DNA of 61,389 nucleotides from Candidatus Desulfacyla euxinica (GTDB taxonomy: Bacteria > Desulfobacterota > DSM-4660 > Desulfatiglandales > Desulfatiglandaceae), in assembly GCA_014382715.1 (NCBI GenBank), contig JACNJD010000124.1:1-61389 (forward strand). Direction: 5' to 3'. Positions 16,968 through 25,833 of the stretch are shown piece by piece; positions within the stretch are counted from its first letter, which is position 1, and each line of letters opens with the position of its first letter. Under the pieces are notes generated by a model. It had not been told where the DNA came from, searched no databases, and worked only from the letters and a program-made list of their open reading frames with translations. Position numbers and translations under genes: made by a program.

Positions 16968-18749
16968 TCAATAATTCTGATTTGGCTTCACTGCCCTCAA
17001 CCTTTCTTTATGCCATTCCTTTGTTGGCTGGAGCAACTTTCTCTGTTCCTCCCTGTTCAGAAGGCGCATGGTCTCAACCGCGGGTGGGGACGGGATCGTT
17101 AGAACGTTGTCAATGGTGATTTCATCCTGGATACCCAATCCTGCGGCCACCCTGTTCTGGTGACAGGCATTACACCCCCTTCCAAAGGGCGCTGTGGTAT
17201 GAGGCACATAGGGCATAAAGGCCCACCCTTTCCCGGTGCCGTCCCCCCTCAAAGGAGCGACACTGTCCAATACGCAATTACCCTGCCGGTCTATGTAGGA
17301 GATGAGGTACTGATAAAGGGGGCGTAAAATGGAGTACCTGCCGGTGTGATCCACACCGAGAGGCATCTGCTCCCACCGTCTGAATCTCCAGCCGATAGAC
17401 CAGATTCCCGAAGTCTCCTTCCCCGATAATCGGTCAATGGAAACAGGATAGACGATGTCCGGGCTTTCCACATATTTTTTTAATCTTTTCTGCAGATAGG
17501 GATCTCCCTGGGCGGTAAGGTTCCACCACTTGTAGTCATTGATCATATCTTCACGCATTACGCTCATACCATAGTCCTGATACGACCATTGGGCATGGCA
17601 GGCGCTGCACCGAACCTTTGCGTGAGCCGGGGTTCTGTGACCGATCGAATTAGGCGAAAACAAGGGCAGCCTGTGTTTCTTTTCATGATTTTTGGATATG
17701 AACAGAAACTCGTCTGAAACCTTGCGAATCGCCCTGTTGGTCAGATCAGGTGCCGTACTATTAAAGCCTCCATGACAATCGGTGCATGAGCGCTTCGGGG
17801 CCTCCATCTCGTAGCTGTATGTGTGTCCGTCTCCCATAACGTCTTTTCGTGTGTGGCAGTCGATGCACCAGAGCCCCTTTTCAGCATGTATGTCTCTGGC
17901 GAGGTGGTGCTGATTTAACCCATAGGTAGTTTCCTTTAATTTGCCGTTCACCATTGGTGACCGATAGGAATCGCTGTAATCGTGCTCGAACAGCCCTTCA
18001 TAATCCGCGCCCACATGATTGTTGTTATGGCAGTGCATGCATTGCGCGTTCGGGATGCGTTTCGTAAAATTATGTTTGGCCGGATACCCCTTTTTGGAAC
18101 GATCAATTGCCCGGTCATTGCCATGATATTGGCCGTCATTATTATAGAGCACATGACAGGCAGCACACCCCGTTCCCCTGTAAAGGCCGGGGCTTTCTGG
18201 ACCTTTGGTATGGATATGGCATCTGAGGCATCGCCTCCTCAGAAAATCATCCACAAGCATGGCCGGGGTTTCGGGGTGGAGAGAGGGATCGGTTTTGGGC
18301 AACGGTTTTAGGCCCCCGCTCAGCCCATAAATGGCTGGGGATGCCCTTTCCTGGGCGCCCCAGAGATACCGTGTCTGGTTGATAATTCCGGCCATTGTTG
18401 AATGAAGGGAGTTCTTGACCTGTTTGATCTCCTTTTCGTGGCATTTTATGCAAAAGATCTCCATATTCCCGGGAGCCGAAGGGTTTCTGACGATCCCCTG
18501 GTGCTCTGTAAGCGCCTTTCCCTTTGTATCCTCAGGCCTCAGGTGGCAGTCAGCGCACTTGAATGGATGGGCAGGGCTGATGGGCTCTATCTCCTTGTGA
18601 CAGCCGAGACAGTCGGTGTAGTCGATTTTTTCCGCGGTCCTGCTATCACCGCCGGCCCAAAGAGCAAACGCCGGTAAAAGCAGGACGCTTATCAGACAAA
18701 ACGCCGTGACGGTAAGAAGGAAACGAGGGCTTCTTCTTATTTCAGGCAT
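16968..18749 (-). CDS. Decahaem c-type cytochrome with an N-terminal membrane anchor or signal
   Basis: Ten CXXCH motifs: CLGCH, CADCH, CIKCH, CLRCH, CAACH, CMHCH, CIDCH, CTDCH, CSACH, CNACH. It is a paralogue of the upstream gene. Its start overlaps the upstream stop by 13 nt. Confidence 0.85.
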   Translation of the reverse strand: MPEIRRSPRFLLTVTAFCLISVLLLPAFALWAGGDSRTAEKIDYTDCLGCHKEIEPISPAHPFKCADCHLRPEDTKGKALTEHQGIVRNPSAPGNMEIFCIKCHEKEIKQVKNSLHSTMAGIINQTRYLWGAQERASPAIYGLSGGLKPLPKTDPSLHPETPAMLVDDFLRRRCLRCHIHTKGPESPGLYRGTGCAACHVLYNNDGQYHGNDRAIDRSKKGYPAKHNFTKRIPNAQCMHCHNNNHVGADYEGLFEHDYSDSYRSPMVNGKLKETTYGLNQHHLARDIHAEKGLWCIDCHTRKDVMGDGHTYSYEMEAPKRSCTDCHGGFNSTAPDLTNRAIRKVSDEFLFISKNHEKKHRLPLFSPNSIGHRTPAHAKVRCSACHAQWSYQDYGMSVMREDMINDYKWWNLTAQGDPYLQKRLKKYVESPDIVYPVSIDRLSGKETSGIWSIGWRFRRWEQMPLGVDHTGRYSILRPLYQYLISYIDRQGNCVLDSVAPLRGDGTGKGWAFMPYVPHTTAPFGRGCNACHQNRVAAGLGIQDEITIDNVLTIPSPPAVETMRLLNREEQRKLLQPTKEWHKERLRAVKPNQNY

Positions 18750-20581
18750 GGCAACCCCCCCTCTATTTCAAACCGTTTATCAGATTCCTTGAAGTCCGCG
18801 TAGATCCTATCTTCATAACTGTCATGACAGCCGAGACAGGGACTGACCGAGAGTATCCGGTCGATCTCTTCCTTGTTGAAGGGCCGGACACCTTTACCCG
18901 GGCCTGATTGAAGCGGCTCACCTTTGAGGTTTACAAAACTATCTAAGGGAAAAGAAACGTCGATGCCGGTCGAAGATCCCGTCCTTGGCGGGGAAGAGGA
19001 TGAGTCATATGTCGGTCTGAACACCCGCTTACCTCCCTTCTGATGGAGGATGCCTTCTCCCAATCCGATGACCTTCGGATCTTGATGACATTCAAGGCAT
19101 CCCCTCGATTTCCTGGCAGTGGTATGGGGATCAAATGCCGATATGTTCATGATATTGAATGATTCGTCTTCGAGGTATTTCCCTGATTTGTCAAAGACCG
19201 AAACGAACTCCTGGCACGGGGAGATAGGGAAGATCTCAAGATCATCCCTGATACCGAGGGCGGGTCTTGAAAAGCGGAGATAAGAGCGGGCCTCCTTCCA
19301 CCTGCCAGGTGACATTTTGTTGTTTATCCAGTCTTTCTGCTTCTCAGATTTATTATATGTCAGATGGCACCCATAACACTGCGGTATCCAGGCAGAGTGG
19401 CAGGCCTGGCAGGAGAGACGCTCGTGTCCCTTCAAACGGTGGTGAGGTTTGTTGGACGATTGGATATCCATCTCAAAGGGCCGGCCATCCATCTTGCGGT
19501 AGAAGATTGTCTTGCCGTCCTCTTTTTGGAGATTGTATATTGGTGTCCCCTTTTTGCTGAGAGCGACAGATTGTCCCTTTTTCCACGGGATCCGCTTGTT
19601 GAGAAAGGCCAATCGGTCTGCCAATGCATCAGGGCCCTTAATCATGGAAAATTCCGGGGAATGGCATGTCTGACAGGTGATGTCGGTTTGTGAATGCATC
19701 CTGTCGTATCGCTTCCCGTCCCCCATCAGCCCGGTGGCGGTATGGCAGTCTATACATTCCATCCCGGCCCTGCTGAAGTGGACATCCGCCTGCAGGTCCA
19801 GGAAAAAACGGTTCCCCGATAACCTCCTGCTGCTGAGGCCGGCCCCCTCATAGGGTGTTCCGTAACCTGCTGACTCGAACCTCCCGAAATACGACAGACC
19901 AATCCTTGCAGATCTGTTATGGCATTTTATACAGTTTGCCGAAGGAATCCTCGTTGTCATCTCAGGGTGGTCAATGGCCTCCTTTTCCTGTTCTTGCCCC
20001 TTCTCATCATCCAGAACATGACAATCGCTGCAACCTCCGCCCCTCCTGCCTATCTCTCCCTTGCGGTCGCCCCTTTTCTTCCACAAATGGCATCCCCCGC
20101 ACATCTTTCTATAATGATCAATTGCAAGATTTTGAGGCGGCGTCTTGCCGTAAAGATCACTGACACCAACACCCATAGCAAGGGGTGAACTACCAGGGAG
20201 GGCTTTTCTCTTGAGCCACTGTTCCTGGAGGGTCCTTAGGATCCCTGTATTTGTGGCCATGAGACTGTTCTTGACACGGGCCGCAATATCCGAATGACAC
20301 CCGGTTTTCCCGCAGGTCCTGTCCACAACACGGAGGTCCCCTGGATTTCGAACCATGCTAAAATGGGCTCTTTCTCTGTCGAATGAGTATCTGTTTCCCA
20401 GATGACAGGTATAACATCCAAAGGCCGAGATGGGATGGGATGGGTCCGGATTTTCCACCTCTTTGTGGCAGGATACACACGCATCTTTGAGCGGTTCAGA
20501 GGGACGATTCAGTCGACCCTCTTTTATAAAGAGAATTCCGACGATGAGAGTTAATGAAACGATTGTAAGGATTTTTTTCAT
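18737..20581 (-). CDS. Multihaem c-type cytochrome (11 CXXCH plus 1 CX4CH) with an N-terminal anchor or signal
   Basis: Motifs are CVSCH, CYTCH, CGKTGCH, CGGCH, CSDCH, CIKCH, CIDCH, CQTCH, CQACH, CYGCH, CLECH and CLGCH. Confidence 0.85.
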   Translation of the reverse strand: MKKILTIVSLTLIVGILFIKEGRLNRPSEPLKDACVSCHKEVENPDPSHPISAFGCYTCHLGNRYSFDRERAHFSMVRNPGDLRVVDRTCGKTGCHSDIAARVKNSLMATNTGILRTLQEQWLKRKALPGSSPLAMGVGVSDLYGKTPPQNLAIDHYRKMCGGCHLWKKRGDRKGEIGRRGGGCSDCHVLDDEKGQEQEKEAIDHPEMTTRIPSANCIKCHNRSARIGLSYFGRFESAGYGTPYEGAGLSSRRLSGNRFFLDLQADVHFSRAGMECIDCHTATGLMGDGKRYDRMHSQTDITCQTCHSPEFSMIKGPDALADRLAFLNKRIPWKKGQSVALSKKGTPIYNLQKEDGKTIFYRKMDGRPFEMDIQSSNKPHHRLKGHERLSCQACHSAWIPQCYGCHLTYNKSEKQKDWINNKMSPGRWKEARSYLRFSRPALGIRDDLEIFPISPCQEFVSVFDKSGKYLEDESFNIMNISAFDPHTTARKSRGCLECHQDPKVIGLGEGILHQKGGKRVFRPTYDSSSSPPRTGSSTGIDVSFPLDSFVNLKGEPLQSGPGKGVRPFNKEEIDRILSVSPCLGCHDSYEDRIYADFKESDKRFEIEGGLPCLK

Positions 20582-20770
20582 GAATTTTCGTGGAATAAGA
20601 CTTTAGGATCCGGGCTATTATGCCCTTCAAACCCTCATAAGTCCACCTCTGATCGCTCCTTTTTCTTCTGCACAACTTGACAAAAAGATCCGGCGCCCTG
20701 TAATCTATCCGTGTCTCCGCTGAAGTCGGGGGTCGAAAGACGGGATCGTTGACAAGTGTAAAGACTTTTA

Positions 20771-20907
20771 GGCGTAAGGCACAAGGCGCGAGGTGTAAGG
20801 AACTGAATGGGAATCAAATATCCTGCATCCAGCATCGAGTATCCAGTATTCCCGCTTAAAAACGGGATTTCCGCTTCGCTACAACAAGCACCCAGTACCC
20901 AAAACCC
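20771..20907 (+). repeat. Composite upstream element X (ggcacaagg words, atccagyat words, cccgcttaaaaacggg hairpin, acccagt words)
   Basis: It shares cgtaaggcacaaggcgc, cttaaaaacgggat and cccagtaccca, in the same order, with 23299..23407. It shares atccagtattcccgcttaaaaacgggat with the reverse complement of 61088..61157. Confidence 0.75.
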
Positions 20908-20924
20908 ATGGAGAGGGCAAGAAA

Positions 20925-21953
20925 TTGAGAAAAATTGATCGAATAGCTGCTTTATTCATTGCCGCTGGCATTTTGTTTTTTATTTTGGACCTGTTTATTG
21001 GCGCCGGAGTGAAGTTAGACCTGAAGAATGCCATAGCCGCGACTGGAGGAGCAGATGATGTGGCCGATGGCCTCATGGGAATTGACGTTTCGGAGCTCAC
21101 CGATGTGGAGGCCCTCGGGTTTTTGTCTCCTGATGAGTTGAGTCCGTGGGGGTATCTGTTTGCAGACGAAACAGAGAGGATTTTCCTGGCAGAGGGCGAT
21201 ACGGTTTATGTGGCCTTTAATAAGGGCCATAACGTAAAGCCGGGGGACCTTTTCACTGTCTACAAAAGCTCTGACGAACTCGATCACCCTCTTACGGGGA
21301 GCGATCTGGGATATGTCATCTCTTTTTTGGGGCGGGTTGTCTTGAAGAGGGAGGTCAAAGCTGATCTATACAAGGCAAAAATTGTTGAAAGCTACAGCCC
21401 CATGCGTGTGGGGGATATTCTCTTCCCTTTTACCTGGGTATCTCCCTGCGTTCAGCTTTCCACCCCCGAATGGAAGAGGCTGAAAGAGAGCAAAGGGTTA
21501 AAAATACCGGTGGTAGCATCCAAGGATTTGAAAGAGATTATGGGCCAATTTTCTGTTGTCTACATGAATCATGGCCTCAAACATGGTATATGCAGGGGAA
21601 ATTTTTTCGAGATAATGACCAAACCGGAAACAGATAGGCCAAAAGAGCCGGCCCTCCCTGATCAGGCATTGGGTTATCTCCTCGTCCTGGAATCGAGACC
21701 GAATACTTCGACCGGAATAGTCATTACTGCAAGGAGAGACTTTTCCAGCGGCGCTATGCTCAAGGCGATCCACTTGAACAGGGAACTGAGAAATATACTG
21801 ATCCATTATTGTGCGGATGACCCGAAAATCTCGGATATTGAAGCTAATCCATTGCAGGTGCTGAAAAGATTGGAAAGGGCAACCGATCCTAAACCTGATC
21901 TGCCTGAGAGCCTTCGTCTCCTATCTACAATGCCAAAATGCCGGACACAATAG
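20925..21953 (+). CDS. Membrane-anchored hypothetical protein
   Basis: 342 aa. A TTG start is needed to include the TM segment IAALFIAAGILFFILDLFIGAGV. GGAGAGGG lies upstream. No catalytic motif is recognised. Confidence 0.5.
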   Translation: MRKIDRIAALFIAAGILFFILDLFIGAGVKLDLKNAIAATGGADDVADGLMGIDVSELTDVEALGFLSPDELSPWGYLFADETERIFLAEGDTVYVAFNKGHNVKPGDLFTVYKSSDELDHPLTGSDLGYVISFLGRVVLKREVKADLYKAKIVESYSPMRVGDILFPFTWVSPCVQLSTPEWKRLKESKGLKIPVVASKDLKEIMGQFSVVYMNHGLKHGICRGNFFEIMTKPETDRPKEPALPDQALGYLLVLESRPNTSTGIVITARRDFSSGAMLKAIHLNRELRNILIHYCADDPKISDIEANPLQVLKRLERATDPKPDLPESLRLLSTMPKCRTQ

Positions 21954-22114
21954 ACGCCTGCATCACCTGTTCACTGAGAAAAGACTTGACTAATCCTCGT
22001 GACCCTGTTTTATATTCCCGCCATCTTTTTCCACCAATATGTTTAAGGGCAGGGTTCTCCGCCAGCGGGATCTTTGAAAGGGTGTTCGGCTGAAGATGGC
22101 GGGATTCAGGGTTA

Positions 22115-23236
22115 GTGACGAGGACAAAATTGAACGCGCAAGATAAAAAAATAGCATGGCTCTCCCTCTACATGATTCCTGGCCTGGGCAATGCCGTCCT
22201 AAAAAGGCTTATAGAAAAACTCGGTGATCCTGAAGCGGTTTTCAAGGCAGATCTTGCAGAACTTATGAATGTGGAGGGAATGCGCAGGGATATAGCGAGG
22301 AAGATCATGAATCGGTCCCTCGATACAGAGGCTGAAAAGGAATTGAGGGATGCAGAAAGATGTCATGCTCGAATTATTGCCTACACCGATCCCGCTTACC
22401 CGGCGTTCTTGAGGGAGATCTACAATCCTCCCATGTTGTTGTATGCCAGGGGCAGGGAGATCCCCCTGGGGCAGACCTTTGTTGGCGTTGTTGGCTCGAG
22501 AAATCCCACCCATTACGGTCGCAAGGCAGCAGAGAAAATCGCCTTGGGGCTCGCGAGAAGAGGGGCGGGGGTTGTAAGCGGTCTTGCAAGGGGGATAGAT
22601 GCTGCTGCCCACAGGGGTTGCTTGAGGGGTAATGGGTTTACCATTGCGGTGTTGGGTACTGGCATAGATGTGGTTTACCCTGCGTCAAACAAAGCGCTTT
22701 TTGAGCAGATAGAAACCAAAGGCGCTATTGTCTCGGAATTCCTGACCGGAACCCCTCCTGAACCCTGGAATTTCCCCATACGCAACCGGATTATCAGCGG
22801 ATTGAGCAGGGGAATAGCCGTTGTGGAAGCAACAAAAAAGAGCGGATCTTTGATCACGGCCTCATTGGCGCTGGATCAGGGCCGCGATGTTTTCGCTGTT
22901 CCCGGTAGTATTGATTCCTTCAAAAGCACCGGGACCCATTTTTTGATCAAACAGGGGGCCAAGTTGATTGAACACGGGGATGATATATTGGACGAACTCG
23001 GGTTTGTCGGTAAAGAGGCAGTAGGAAAGGGAATTCCGGGAAAAACAGGCAGCGCGCACCAGGATATGAACGAATCCGAGAGAAAGGTTTATGAGATTGT
23101 CGGAGATTATCCCATGCATATGGACAATATAGTCAGACTGGGGAATATGGAAGTCGGCAAGGTGGCAGGGATACTTATGAAAATGGAATTGGAGGGGATT
23201 GTGAAACAGCTCCCGGGCAAAATGTTTGTTCGATGA
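22115..23236 (+). CDS. dprA: DNA processing protein A
   Basis: Contains GSRNPTHYGRKAAEKIALGLARRGAGVVSGLARGIDAAAH. GTG start. Conserved dprA-topA synteny. Confidence 0.85.
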   Translation: MTRTKLNAQDKKIAWLSLYMIPGLGNAVLKRLIEKLGDPEAVFKADLAELMNVEGMRRDIARKIMNRSLDTEAEKELRDAERCHARIIAYTDPAYPAFLREIYNPPMLLYARGREIPLGQTFVGVVGSRNPTHYGRKAAEKIALGLARRGAGVVSGLARGIDAAAHRGCLRGNGFTIAVLGTGIDVVYPASNKALFEQIETKGAIVSEFLTGTPPEPWNFPIRNRIISGLSRGIAVVEATKKSGSLITASLALDQGRDVFAVPGSIDSFKSTGTHFLIKQGAKLIEHGDDILDELGFVGKEAVGKGIPGKTGSAHQDMNESERKVYEIVGDYPMHMDNIVRLGNMEVGKVAGILMKMELEGIVKQLPGKMFVR

Positions 23237-23238
23237 AC

Positions 23239-23280
23239 AAGTGACTAAAGTGACTAAAGTGATCTAAAGTGCCTAAAGTT
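23239..23280 (+). repeat. gtgMctaaa-word array
   Basis: Sequence is aagtgactaaagtgactaaagtgatctaaagtgcctaaagtt. It begins directly after the dprA stop. Confidence 0.8.
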
Positions 23281-23298
23281 ATCAATACGCAGTATTGA

Positions 23299-23407
23299 AG
23301 GCACAAGACGTAAGGCACAAGGCGCAAGAAACTAAATCAGAATCCCCTCTTAAAAACGGGATCTTCGACCAGCGCCCAGTACCCAGTACCTAATACCCAA
23401 TACCCAT
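23299..23407 (+). repeat. Composite upstream element Y (same architecture as 20771..20907)
   Basis: Sequence is aaggcacaagacgtaaggcacaaggcgcaag .. cctcttaaaaacgggatcttcgaccagc .. cccagtacccagtacctaatacccaatacccat. It ends 17 nt before the topA ORF. Confidence 0.75.
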
Positions 23408-23423
23408 ATTAACCCGCAAAAGG

Positions 23424-25694
23424 ATGACAAGAATGTCAAAAAAGCTTCTTATTATTGAATCACCGGCCAAGGCCAGGACTATCAAGAAATATCTGGGACC
23501 TGACTTTAACATTATGGCCTCGGTGGGGCACGTGAAAGACCTCCCCGTAAGCAAATTGGGGGTCGATATTGAGGGTGGTTTTAAACCCGATTATGTCACG
23601 ATTAAAGGAAAGACAAAGATCCTGAAGGCTTTGAAGGTTGCGGGAAACAATGCAGAAGAGATCTATCTCGCGCCGGACCCTGACAGGGAAGGAGAGGCCA
23701 TTGCCTGGCATGTTGCCGGGGAACTGAAAAAGGGTCCAAAAAACAAAGACAAAAAAATATTCCGTGTCCTATTTAATGAACTGACTGCAAAGGCCATCCG
23801 GGCAGCGGTATCATCGCCGCAGACCCTCGACAGGGATAAGTTTGATTCTCAGCAGACCAGGCGTATTCTGGATCGGCTTGTCGGTTACCAGATATCTCCA
23901 CTCCTGTGGAAAAGGGTCAAACGAGGCTTAAGCGCAGGGCGGGTTCAGTCAGTGGCAGTCAAGATGATCTGTGACAGGGAGCGCGAGATCCAGGCCTTTG
24001 ATCCCCAGGAATACTGGTCTCTTACGGCCCATCTCAAATCGACCGAACCACCCCCTTTTGAGGCCAAATTATTCAAATATGAGGGCAAAAAGGCCAACCT
24101 CAGAAATGGAGAGCAAACACTCAAGATTGTCTCTGAGATAGAAGGCCTCCCATTCAGGGTCTCAAAGGTAACGAAAAAAAAGACAAAAAGAAATCCGCCC
24201 CCACCTTTCATTACCAGCCTTCTCCAGCAGGAATCATTCAGAAAACTCAGATTCCCGGCCAAAAAGACCATGTCCATTGCACAGAGCCTGTACGAAGGCG
24301 TGGATCTCGGAAAACGGGGTCTGGTCGGGCTTATTACATATATGAGGACAGATTCTTTCCGGCTTTCAGACGATGCCATAGCTGAAGCCCGGGGATTTAT
24401 TCAAGGGGCGTTTGGCAAGGATTATCTCCCTGATAAACCTAACAGGTTCAAGAGCCGCAAAGGCGCTCAAGAGGCCCATGAGGCTATCAGGGCCACATCT
24501 GCAGAGCTTAGCCCGAAAGTCGTTGCACCTTATCTCTCCAAAGACCAGATGGCTCTCTATACCCTTATCTGGAAACGGTTTATTGCCTGCCAGATGAGCC
24601 CTGCCATATTGGATAAGACCCAGGTGGAAATCAGCGCCGGAAAGGCCGATTTCAGGGCCAATGGTTCTGTGGTCTTATTTAAGGGCTTTACAACCCTTTA
24701 TGAAGCCGGCGCCAATAATGCCGAGTCTGAGAAAGACCAGGAGGCCCTGCTCCCCCCCTTGCTGAAAGATCAGACCCTCGATCTCATCAAATTGGACCCT
24801 GTCCAGCATTTTACACAGCCCCCGCCCAGGTTTACGGAGGCCTCCCTGATCAAGGCCTTGGAGGAAAACGGCATAGGCCGGCCTTCAACCTACGCGGCGA
24901 TCCTGGCCAACATCAGTGGGAGAGAGTATGTTTCCATAGAAAAGAGGCGCTTTATGCCCACGGAATTGGGCTTCTTAGTGACGGATCTGCTGGTGGAGAG
25001 CTTTCCCGATATAATAGATACGGCTTTCACCGCCCAGATGGAAAACAACCTGGATAAGATTGAGCGGGGGGAAGCGAAGTGGATCGATATCTTAAAGGAG
25101 TTCTATGAGGCATTTGAGAAGGATTTGGAAAGGGCGACCAATGAGATGAAGGGGGAGGTCCTGGCCGGCATATCCTGCCCAAAATGTGACAGGCAAATGG
25201 CCATCAAGTCGGGTCGAAACGGTATTTTCCTGGCCTGTACCGGCTATCCTGAATGTAGAAACACCTCTAATTTTACCAGGGATGAGAAGGGCCGCATTAT
25301 TGTTGAGACCGCCGCTGAGACAGGTAAGGAAGAGGGCACCTGTGAGAAATGCGGCCGCCCCATGGTGACCAAAAACGGGAAGTACGGGGCTTTTGTCGCC
25401 TGCTCCGGCTATCCGGAATGTAAAAACATCTGGTCGCCCGAACCGGTGAGTACCGGCGTGCCATGTCCTGAGAAAGATTGCCAGGGAATATTAGTGGAAA
25501 AGAGATCCAAAAAGGGGAAGCAGTTTTATGCCTGCAACCAGTATCCAGATTGCAAATTCGCCACGTGGGATGAACCATTTGATGATACCTGTCCCGAATG
25601 CGGGACTAAGGTCTTGAGCATTAAGCAGAGAAAGAAATCCGGGCCGGTTTTAGTCTGCCGGACAAGGGGTTGTGGGTATAAGAGGCCGGTTTGA
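23424..25694 (+). CDS. topA: DNA topoisomerase I with C-terminal zinc-ribbon repeats
   Basis: Starts LLIIESPAKA (TOPRIM region). Has the GYxSPLLW region and four C-terminal CxxC..CxxC modules. The start may be ATG 23433. Confidence 0.9.
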   Translation: MTRMSKKLLIIESPAKARTIKKYLGPDFNIMASVGHVKDLPVSKLGVDIEGGFKPDYVTIKGKTKILKALKVAGNNAEEIYLAPDPDREGEAIAWHVAGELKKGPKNKDKKIFRVLFNELTAKAIRAAVSSPQTLDRDKFDSQQTRRILDRLVGYQISPLLWKRVKRGLSAGRVQSVAVKMICDREREIQAFDPQEYWSLTAHLKSTEPPPFEAKLFKYEGKKANLRNGEQTLKIVSEIEGLPFRVSKVTKKKTKRNPPPPFITSLLQQESFRKLRFPAKKTMSIAQSLYEGVDLGKRGLVGLITYMRTDSFRLSDDAIAEARGFIQGAFGKDYLPDKPNRFKSRKGAQEAHEAIRATSAELSPKVVAPYLSKDQMALYTLIWKRFIACQMSPAILDKTQVEISAGKADFRANGSVVLFKGFTTLYEAGANNAESEKDQEALLPPLLKDQTLDLIKLDPVQHFTQPPPRFTEASLIKALEENGIGRPSTYAAILANISGREYVSIEKRRFMPTELGFLVTDLLVESFPDIIDTAFTAQMENNLDKIERGEAKWIDILKEFYEAFEKDLERATNEMKGEVLAGISCPKCDRQMAIKSGRNGIFLACTGYPECRNTSNFTRDEKGRIIVETAAETGKEEGTCEKCGRPMVTKNGKYGAFVACSGYPECKNIWSPEPVSTGVPCPEKDCQGILVEKRSKKGKQFYACNQYPDCKFATWDEPFDDTCPECGTKVLSIKQRKKSGPVLVCRTRGCGYKRPV

Positions 25695-25704
25695 TGGGTT
25701 GAGG

Positions 25705-25756
25705 GGTACGAGTACTGGGTACTGGGTATTAGGTACTGGGTATTGGGTACTGGGTA
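25705..25756 (+). repeat. actgggt heptamer array (inverse orientation of 23375..23407)
   Basis: Sequence is ggtacgagtactgggtactgggtattaggtactgggtattgggtactgggta. It starts 11 nt after the topA stop. Confidence 0.8.
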
Positions 25757-25833
25757 AGTAGCATGTTCCGTCAAAATTCATATTTTGCTTAAAAAACTTG
25801 GCGTCTTCTCGACTTTGCGTGAGGCATCTTCGG

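Noticed and set aside
16968-20581. Selenocysteine (in-frame TGA) in the multihaem cytochromes, as reported for some Geobacter Ext proteins
   Set aside because: Both ORFs are continuous without an internal TGA. The 13-nt overlap is an ordinary stop/start overlap.
23239-23407. Possible CRISPR array suggested by the tandem short repeats
   Set aside because: The units are only 7-10 nt long and directly abutting, with no spacers. There are no cas genes in the window.
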